The position numbers were made by a program, and so were the translations under genes. From assembly GCA_020697715.1 (NCBI GenBank), contig JAEHCO010000002.1, positions 224,001 to 288,000 on the forward strand: a stretch of 64,000 bases of DNA. The letters are read 5' to 3'. Positions within the stretch are counted from its first letter, which is position 1. Each line of letters opens with the position of its first letter. The notes beneath the pieces were generated by a model. The model searched no databases. It was not told the DNA's origin and worked only from the letters and a program-made list of their open reading frames with translations. Positions 57,285 to 64,000 of this stretch are shown here, in pieces. The stretch is from Methanobacteriota archaeon. GTDB lineage: Archaea; Thermoplasmatota; Thermoplasmata; SG8-5; JAGLSY01.

Positions 57285-57517
57285 TGTTCACCCTTGCTTG
57301 TCTTGTAAGCGATCACGGAATCCGTGATATCTTCCTGCTTCAGGGGCGTGATATTGTCGATAGTGATCCTGAATCTCTTCACACCATGCTTGCTTCCTAT
57401 GATGGAATATACCTGTTGTTCTGCGTCTTCCTTATCTTTGGCAGCTATCTCTTTGCTGAATGGTTGATCTGCATTTCTGCCCATTTGGAAGGTTCCAGTT
57501 GCTTTGAACGCTTTCAT
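57281..57517 (-). CDS. rpl18a: 50S ribosomal protein L18Ae (LX)
   Basis: MKAFKATG.F......FSKEI.A......EQVYS.IGSKH.VKR..I.I motif; gene context. Confidence 0.9.
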   Translation of the reverse strand: MKAFKATGTFQMGRNADQPFSKEIAAKDKEDAEQQVYSIIGSKHGVKRFRITIDNITPLKQEDITDSVIAYKTSKGEQ

Positions 57518-57695
57518 GTTCTCACCTTTAAATTGTTATGTCTGCCAATTAATCTCGATAATGGAGGAGATCACTTGACCCTCAGTATGAAGGGTTGAAA
57601 CACAAATGATAGATAAATGTATCTACTTAATATATACATTTTAGACATGCAATGATACTGGCGGATAGGGATGGGGATGGTTATGATGTATGCGG

Positions 57696-58772
57696 CTAAC
57701 TCTGAAAAGTATCAAGGAACCTGATATAATTGCCCATGACATTCTCGATCGAGGAAATAGACACCCACTCATCCGGGCTGTGCCAACTCTCCCCTACTGG
57801 CCCATGGACTATCGTGGGGCACATGGTGGCAAATATATTGTAATCGCCTACTGACTTCCCGTAGGCGATATCACCTTTGACCGTGTCCTGGAATTGGCTT
57901 ACCAGATTATTATCTGATGTTATGTAAGGCTCCAGGAAAGGTGTAGGTCTTTCCTGGCTCAATGCCACATCGAATGCCGCCTGGCTTCCTATCTTTCCAG
58001 CCAGGTCGCGTATGTCCTGCATCACGCTTTCCTTTGTCTCGCCAGGAACAACATGCCTGTCGATCACAATGCGGCATTCTTCAGGGACTGACAATGTGGT
58101 GGTTCCACCATCTACGCTGAGCGGGCACACAGAACCCTTTCCAAGAACATCATGGTCTATGAGAGGCAGTTCATCCAGCCTGGAGAGCAAGCGGCCAGCT
58201 TCTGTGATCGCATTGACCCCTTTTTCAGGCACAGCTCCGTGAGCGCTCCTTCCGCTCACGTTCACATCCATCACGTATCTGCCGCGGCAACCCAGCATTA
58301 TCTTCTCATTGCTGGGTTCTGTTATCAGGCACAGATCTGCTTTCAATCCCAGATCCTTGATCGCGAAGCCACCTGCTGAATCTCCTTCCTCGTCAATGGT
58401 TCCTACAAATATCGCATTGATGCCTTTTTTGACAGCTTCTTGAAATGCCAGCATGGCGATCGCCACCCCGCCTTTCATGTCCGCGGTTCCCAGGCCGTAC
58501 ATCCTATCGCCCTCGATCACTGGCTTGAAGGGATCCTTTGTCCATCCATTGCACACTTCGACGGTATCCAGATGCCCATTGAAGATAATGGTAGGCTTCT
58601 GATCATTCACAATAGAACGGGCAAGCACGTTCCTGCCCTTGCCCGGGACCTCGATGAACTCCACATCCACAAGGGGAGCCAACTGGCCGGCTACAAAGTT
58701 CTCGATATCCGTGGTCTTTCCCAGAGTGCTTGGAATGGAAATAAGCTCTCTGGCCAGGTCAACTGCGTTCAT
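57696..58772 (-). CDS. M20 family metallo-hydrolase (ArgE/DapE-like)
   Basis: NGHLDTV, YGLGTADMKGG, DEE, TEP, GRSAHG and HSPDE motifs. Confidence 0.88.
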   Translation of the reverse strand: MNAVDLARELISIPSTLGKTTDIENFVAGQLAPLVDVEFIEVPGKGRNVLARSIVNDQKPTIIFNGHLDTVEVCNGWTKDPFKPVIEGDRMYGLGTADMKGGVAIAMLAFQEAVKKGINAIFVGTIDEEGDSAGGFAIKDLGLKADLCLITEPSNEKIMLGCRGRYVMDVNVSGRSAHGAVPEKGVNAITEAGRLLSRLDELPLIDHDVLGKGSVCPLSVDGGTTTLSVPEECRIVIDRHVVPGETKESVMQDIRDLAGKIGSQAAFDVALSQERPTPFLEPYITSDNNLVSQFQDTVKGDIAYGKSVGDYNIFATMCPTIVHGPVGESWHSPDEWVSISSIENVMGNYIRFLDTFQS

Positions 58773-58820
58773 GCTACTGAATAGTGCTCGAATATAGAAT
58801 TATTTTGGGTGATGGTATGG

Positions 58821-59339
58821 TCATTCCCATTCCATAATGAACTCGCAATGGTCTGCATCTTTTAGCTGGCACTGCTTTTCTATCACAGTGCCAGTTGTGT
58901 TCGTCATCTCCAGTGCGCCGATAAAACATCCTTTCCAGGCCAGGCAGGAATATTCGCTTATCGCAGTATCCTTCATTGTTATCAGTGCGCTACTGTCCCT
59001 TATGTCCACCTTGAGGGAGCCACTGCCTCTGAAAGCATCCCTGTGGCTTTCTGGTGCGCGACCTATTATCTTCTTCACATTGGCGAACCTGACAATGTAG
59101 GAAAGGAAACCCAGGTCCTTCACGGTATATGTGCCGCAGCTGACAACCGCCTCTTCGCCTTTGTTCTTGTATATCCATTCCAGAATATTTTCACTGTATC
59201 GGATATCAAACCATATGGCTTCCTTCACCTTGTCGAGATCCAGGCCAACAGCTTTAGCACATTCATCTTGGCCAAGCTGACCCCATGTTTTCTTTATGTA
59301 CTTGAAATAGCCCAAAATAACAGATCCACGACATTCCAT
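58821..59339 (-). CDS. V4R/heme-NO-binding-like small protein
   Basis: C-terminal 'C..WKG.F.GALE......V.EKQC....DHCEF' motif; GGAGG RBS before MECRGSV. Confidence 0.6.
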   Translation of the reverse strand: MECRGSVILGYFKYIKKTWGQLGQDECAKAVGLDLDKVKEAIWFDIRYSENILEWIYKNKGEEAVVSCGTYTVKDLGFLSYIVRFANVKKIIGRAPESHRDAFRGSGSLKVDIRDSSALITMKDTAISEYSCLAWKGCFIGALEMTNTTGTVIEKQCQLKDADHCEFIMEWE

Positions 59340-59499
59340 AATAATCCTCCATACTCTATTCATCATCCAGATAGATATAGGTTATTATGCGAAATGCGAT
59401 TGTGTTTGATTTTACATGATGATTATTACATTATGTCATTGTTTTTTATGAGCCAGTGCATTAACTATAATGAATTATAAATATAGAGTGGTGGCTTAG

Positions 59500-60018
59500 C
59501 TATTCATCAAGCCAGTGTTTATTATGATTTGCAATGGTATTATTGTGTAAAATATATCTCAATGCCTGATTTTGCCTTTGAATACCCATATTTGAATATT
59601 TACCGACCATGTAGACAGACCAGCTGTAGCTCAAAAACATGACAATTGAATATATGAAAAAAAACATATATAACCGAACACTAGGTAAAGTTAGCATTAG
59701 CCACGAAGGGGGAATAAGACATAATAAAAATGCAATTATTGCCATTCGCTTACCATTTTTTTCAAATTCGCCACTGCTATTACAACTATATCTTAAATGA
59801 ACATGGTCATCTTTCTCATAGATATTAACTGAGCCTTTTGCTTCAACCAGAAACTCATCGATCTCCCACTGAAAGATCATTGGCCATCGATGGCCTTCTA
59901 AGATAAAATTGGCACGATCTTTATTGTTCGTGTCTATTATTATCAAGCGACCTCCTTTTTGGATGCCCTCTAAGTATTTCTCGAAATTAAAATCGCTGGT
60001 CTTTGCAATTGCAACCAT
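59500..60018 (-). CDS. Hypothetical membrane protein
   Basis: 172-aa AT-rich ORF with two C-terminal hydrophobic helices. Confidence 0.5.
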   Translation of the reverse strand: MVAIAKTSDFNFEKYLEGIQKGGRLIIIDTNNKDRANFILEGHRWPMIFQWEIDEFLVEAKGSVNIYEKDDHVHLRYSCNSSGEFEKNGKRMAIIAFLLCLIPPSWLMLTLPSVRLYMFFFIYSIVMFLSYSWSVYMVGKYSNMGIQRQNQALRYILHNNTIANHNKHWLDE

Positions 60019-60172
60019 TTGTTTCCCTGCCTACTCTTCCATCTATTATTGTATCTTAATCGCAATCCCTACTTAAATGGCTTGCGGTGGAATACCCATT
60101 TTCCCAGTATATCATACCAGGGCAATTAACTATATATTGGATATTTCCATCACCCCTCATCGAGGTTTTGCC

Positions 60173-61474
60173 ATGACGAACGTGATAGGAATAAGAAGAG
60201 AGGACAAGAACGAATGGGAGCGCAGAGTTCCACTAATACCTGAACAAGTTGCGGAACTAGTTCAGCAAGGCGTGGAGATAATTGTCCAGCCATCTGATAT
60301 AAGGATATTCAAGAATGAGGAATACACGGAGGCAGGAGCCACTGTTCAGGAGGATCTTTCTGGATGCGATTTCGTGCTGGGCGTGAAGGAATTCCCCATA
60401 CCTGCCTTGATCGACAACCAGGCTTATATCTTCTTCTCCCACACGATCAAGGGGCAGAGCTACAATATGGCCATGCTCCAGAAGATACTGGATTCCAATG
60501 GCACTCTTCTTGATTATGAAAGGGTGACCAATGATAAGAATCAAAGACTGGTATTCTTCGGCAATTATGCGGGATTGGCTGGTATGATCGAGACCTTGCA
60601 CACCTATGGAAAGCGTATGCTGTGGGAGGGCGTTAAGACTCCGCTCATCGACCTCAAGAGACCATTGGATTACAGTAGCCTGGATGAGGCGAAGGAAGCC
60701 CTGATAAATGTGGGTGAACAGATAAGAACAGAAGGCTATCCTGAATCTATTGGCCCATTGGTCGTTGGCTTCGCGGGCTATGGAAATGTGTCCAGAGGGG
60801 CGCAGGAGATGTTGGACCTCTTGCCAACCGAGGAGATCCAACCAGGTGAATTGGCAGCCTTTATCGAATCTGGCAATTATTCTAATAAGGTGGTCTATAA
60901 AGTGGTCTTCTACGAGAAGGATATGTTCGAGCCCATAGACCAGGCTCATCAATTCGAGCTTCATGATTATTTCAATAACCCGGGAAAGTACAAGGGAGTG
61001 TTCAATCAATATATGGACAATCTAAGTATGCTGGTCAATTGCATTTACTGGACTCCTGATTATCCAATTCTTGTCACAAAGGATTGGATAAAGGACAATT
61101 GGACAATGGATTCCAAGATGAAGGTCTTCGGAGATATCACATGCGATGTCGAGGGATCTGTCGAATGCACATTGGAAGCAACCGAGCCAGGAACTCCATG
61201 CTATGTCTATCTGCCAGAGACCGATGAGATGATATATGGCTGTGAAGGCGAAGGGCCAGTGGTCATGTCCGTCGATACCTTACCATCCGAGCTTCCCAGG
61301 GAATCATCCACATTTTTCGGAGGCCAGATGATGCCTTTCATGAAAGCCATCGTCGCTACGGATTTCAAGAAGGATTTTGCTTCACTGAACTTGCCACCGG
61401 AGTTGAAAAGAGCCACTATCACACACCAGGGCAAGTTGACACCGGATTATGAATACATCCAGGAATTCTTATGA
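60173..61474 (+). CDS. Lysine-2-oxoglutarate reductase (LKR domain; AlaDH/PNT fold)
   Basis: IGIRREDKNEWERRVPLIP, LGVKE, FFSHTIKGQSYNM, LLDYE, FFGNYAGLAG, GYGNVSRGA, DITCD motifs. Start moved to the ATG at 60173. Confidence 0.85.
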   Translation: MTNVIGIRREDKNEWERRVPLIPEQVAELVQQGVEIIVQPSDIRIFKNEEYTEAGATVQEDLSGCDFVLGVKEFPIPALIDNQAYIFFSHTIKGQSYNMAMLQKILDSNGTLLDYERVTNDKNQRLVFFGNYAGLAGMIETLHTYGKRMLWEGVKTPLIDLKRPLDYSSLDEAKEALINVGEQIRTEGYPESIGPLVVGFAGYGNVSRGAQEMLDLLPTEEIQPGELAAFIESGNYSNKVVYKVVFYEKDMFEPIDQAHQFELHDYFNNPGKYKGVFNQYMDNLSMLVNCIYWTPDYPILVTKDWIKDNWTMDSKMKVFGDITCDVEGSVECTLEATEPGTPCYVYLPETDEMIYGCEGEGPVVMSVDTLPSELPRESSTFFGGQMMPFMKAIVATDFKKDFASLNLPPELKRATITHQGKLTPDYEYIQEFL

Positions 61475-62016
61475 GTATAGAATTCCGCAAGCTGGCAAGA
61501 AATGAGATATCGCTCCTGAGACAGATAGACAGGAGCGAGACCATAGACGGAATTTATTATCACAAGGACGGTCAGCTCGTTCTGGAAAAGGAACATCATG
61601 ATGTGTCCAATGAATGGTGGCAGAGCCAGAGGATAGAGCCAGTCATAATTCCCGAGCTAGAGCGATTGCTCGATTCCGGCGGGGTGGCCTTCGGTGCCTT
61701 TGATGGCAAGGGCTTTGCAGGTATCGTGGCATTGGGCGCGGACCAGATCGGAAAAGAAAAAGATACTCTCATCATGCATTTTCTTCACATAAGCCAATCG
61801 TATCGGGGTCGTGGCATAGGTAGCACCCTGGTCAGCATGGTGAAGAAGACCGCTTTGGAGAGGGGCGCAAAGCGTTTGTACATATCCTCGATACCATCCA
61901 AGAACTCGGTATCCTTCTACCTTAATCAAGGAGCCCGGGTGGCCGAGACCGACGAGGTCGAGCCAAACCTTTTCGAATTGGAGCCTGAGGACATCCACAT
62001 GATATTGCCTCTTTAG
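61471..62016 (+). CDS. GNAT family N-acetyltransferase
   Basis: LHISQSYRGRGIGSTL (motif A) and NSVSFY..G. Confidence 0.85.
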   Translation: MSIEFRKLARNEISLLRQIDRSETIDGIYYHKDGQLVLEKEHHDVSNEWWQSQRIEPVIIPELERLLDSGGVAFGAFDGKGFAGIVALGADQIGKEKDTLIMHFLHISQSYRGRGIGSTLVSMVKKTALERGAKRLYISSIPSKNSVSFYLNQGARVAETDEVEPNLFELEPEDIHMILPL

Positions 62017-62059
62017 TGCAATAGGACGATAACCTCTTAACTTCGAAACATTAATTTAA

Positions 62060-62503
62060 TTGAATATCAATAATGTTGTAATGAGTTATCCCACCAAGCA
62101 GTTTCTGGAAATTGAGCAAAGTTATTTCCAGGAGATAGCCAGCCTCGCCTTCAATGACCTCAAGGAAGAGCTGGAGAGGCATGATAAATTGATCATCATA
62201 GATATCTCGGATAGCCAGGCATCCATTTCCATATCATCCAATGAGAACAAGCTCGAGTTGAAATACGAGCTTGTCATATCTCCAAATAATACTCTATATT
62301 CGATAAGCCAATATATCAGAAATGATGATCTGGTAACTAAGAAGAAGGAACTCAAGAAGGTCGACCAGATCCTGACGGTCTCCGAGATCCTTGCCGAGGA
62401 CATCATAAATGACCTGCTGGACAATTACAGGTCTTCAGATCCCTTCGCAAAGTTGGTCATGTCCTCATATAATGAATATTATGACAATATTGTATCATTA
62501 TGA
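62060..62503 (+). CDS. Hypothetical protein
   Basis: 147-aa ORF (probable start at the ATG at 62081); no recognisable motif. Confidence 0.45.
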   Translation: MNINNVVMSYPTKQFLEIEQSYFQEIASLAFNDLKEELERHDKLIIIDISDSQASISISSNENKLELKYELVISPNNTLYSISQYIRNDDLVTKKKELKKVDQILTVSEILAEDIINDLLDNYRSSDPFAKLVMSSYNEYYDNIVSL

Positions 62504-62626
62504 CCTGTAATATAGCAGTTTTATCCCCGATATTTCACTACTATATAGATACATATTTGTAGCCTGAATCTATCCCCCTTTCTCAATACGGTTCTCTTTG
62601 ATGAGAGCCGAGAATGAGGTGAATAA

Positions 62627-63943
62627 ATGGCATCTGTATTGGTATTGGGAGCAGGCTCCGTGGCCCCGCCCCTTGTAAGGTATTTATTGGATCAAGAGAA
62701 TGTTACGGTCACTGTCGCAAGCAGGACCGTGAGCAAGGCCGAGAAGATCATAGCGGGACATCCAGACGGAACCCCCATGGCTCTCACTGCTGATCAGGAC
62801 GAGCTGCTGGAAGAGCAGGTTGCGAAGCACGATGTCTCCGTAAGCCTTCTTCCGTATGTCTTCCATGTCAAGGTCGCCAAGCTGTGCATCAAACACAAGA
62901 AGCACATGGTCACCACATCTTATGTTAGTGCGGAGATGAAGGCACTGGATGCAGAAGCAAAAGCAGCTGGCGTCGTAATTCTCAATGAGATCGGACTGGA
63001 TCCTGGTATCGATCACATGTCCGCGATGAAGATAATCAATGAGGTGCAGGAGAATGGCGGAAAGATATTGTCCTTCAGATCCACAACTGGCGCACTTCAG
63101 GCCTTCGAGGCCAACAATAACCCATTTGGATACAAGTTCTCATGGGCACCCCGTGGAGTTTTACTTGCATCTAAGAATGCCTCCCAGTGGCTGGAAAATG
63201 GCCAGGTCAGGAAGTATCCTGGCGAGCAACTGTTCGAGAATTATGATATCATCGATGTTCCTGGCGTAGGGGCTTTCGAGAACTACCCCAACAGAGATTC
63301 CGTACCCTACAAGGAGATATACGGTCTCAAGGACGCGGAGACCGTTTACAGGGGCACATTCCGTATGACTGGATGGTGCGAGACCATGCGCAATGTCATG
63401 GCACTTGGCTGGCTTGGAGAGGATGAACTGACAGGCCTCAATGGTACGACATACGCTGACGTGACCCGACACTTGATCGGTTCAACAGATGCAGATGTAG
63501 AGGCCGCAACCACCAAATTCCTGGGTCTGACACCATATGCCACAGCCATAAAGAGAATGAAATGGCTTGGTCTTTTCAGTGACAGGCCATTGCCAAATGG
63601 ACCTAATACACCGATCGATCATCTCAATGTCATATCACTCGATAGGATGGAGCTTGGAGATGGGGAGAGGGACATGATCGTCATGTTCCATGAATTCCTC
63701 ACCGTGAAGGCAGACGGTGTTAAACAGAGGATAACTTCCACCTTCCTTGACTTTGGTATTCCCGATGGGGACACATCTATTGCGAGGACTGTTGGGCTTC
63801 CAGCGGCCATTGGCGTGAAGATGATCTTAAATGGCAAGATAACAGAACCCGGTGTTCATGTTCCTGTCACGAAGAACATCTACGAGCCTTGCATGGATGA
63901 ACTCGAGACCATCGGCATCAAGTTCATCGAGAGATATGAATAG
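62627..63943 (+). CDS. Saccharopine dehydrogenase (glutamate-forming, Lys9/SDH type)
   Basis: VLVLGAGSVA, SLLPY..H, TTSYVS, NEIGLDPGIDHM, NPFGYKFSWAPRGVL, YPNRDS, RGTFR and ARTVGLPAAI motifs; GAGGTGA RBS. Confidence 0.92.
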   Translation: MASVLVLGAGSVAPPLVRYLLDQENVTVTVASRTVSKAEKIIAGHPDGTPMALTADQDELLEEQVAKHDVSVSLLPYVFHVKVAKLCIKHKKHMVTTSYVSAEMKALDAEAKAAGVVILNEIGLDPGIDHMSAMKIINEVQENGGKILSFRSTTGALQAFEANNNPFGYKFSWAPRGVLLASKNASQWLENGQVRKYPGEQLFENYDIIDVPGVGAFENYPNRDSVPYKEIYGLKDAETVYRGTFRMTGWCETMRNVMALGWLGEDELTGLNGTTYADVTRHLIGSTDADVEAATTKFLGLTPYATAIKRMKWLGLFSDRPLPNGPNTPIDHLNVISLDRMELGDGERDMIVMFHEFLTVKADGVKQRITSTFLDFGIPDGDTSIARTVGLPAAIGVKMILNGKITEPGVHVPVTKNIYEPCMDELETIGIKFIERYE

Positions 63944-64000
63944 ATATGAATAGATATACATATCTCCACAAATAGAATTACTGTCGGGCCTTCAAAGCCC

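Noticed and set aside
63932-63957. AGATATGAAT tandem duplication across the SDH stop codon
   Set aside because: A 10-bp slippage-type duplication with no intervening element; not comparable to the 3'-end-duplicating units.

Overview
This is a gene-dense archaeal chromosome segment, most consistent with a Thermoplasmata-like heterotroph. That assignment is inferred from archaeal-type ribB/ribL/ribC/ribH, stand-alone guaAA, the rpl18a-pfdA-ftsY cluster, and large CARDB/Ig/NosD surface proteins. It encodes very large secreted or surface proteins (two M14 carboxypeptidases, one fused to clostripain), a B12-binding subunit plus MeaB, and a biotin carboxylase module (pycB-pycA-cupin-birA). It also carries three paralogous acidic multi-zinc-ribbon membrane proteins, a MoxR operon, the riboflavin operon, HtpX, split LKR and SDH saccharopine-pathway genes, and two tRNAs. 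No integrase, transposase, reverse transcriptase or CRISPR array is visible. The most striking unexplained signal is non-coding: five short (100-228 bp) structured elements directly behind tRNA-Leu (three in tandem), tRNA-Arg (one) and guaAA (one). Each ends in a duplicate of the 3' end of its host gene. All four tRNA-linked units begin with GGATTCGA, antisense to the tRNA T-arm. Two units show three fully compensatory base-pair changes in one stem, and G-U pairs favour folding of the host-gene sense strand. This looks like a family of miniature site-specific elements or ncRNAs mobilised in trans. All product calls come from motif recognition by eye; no database searches or folding computations were run.
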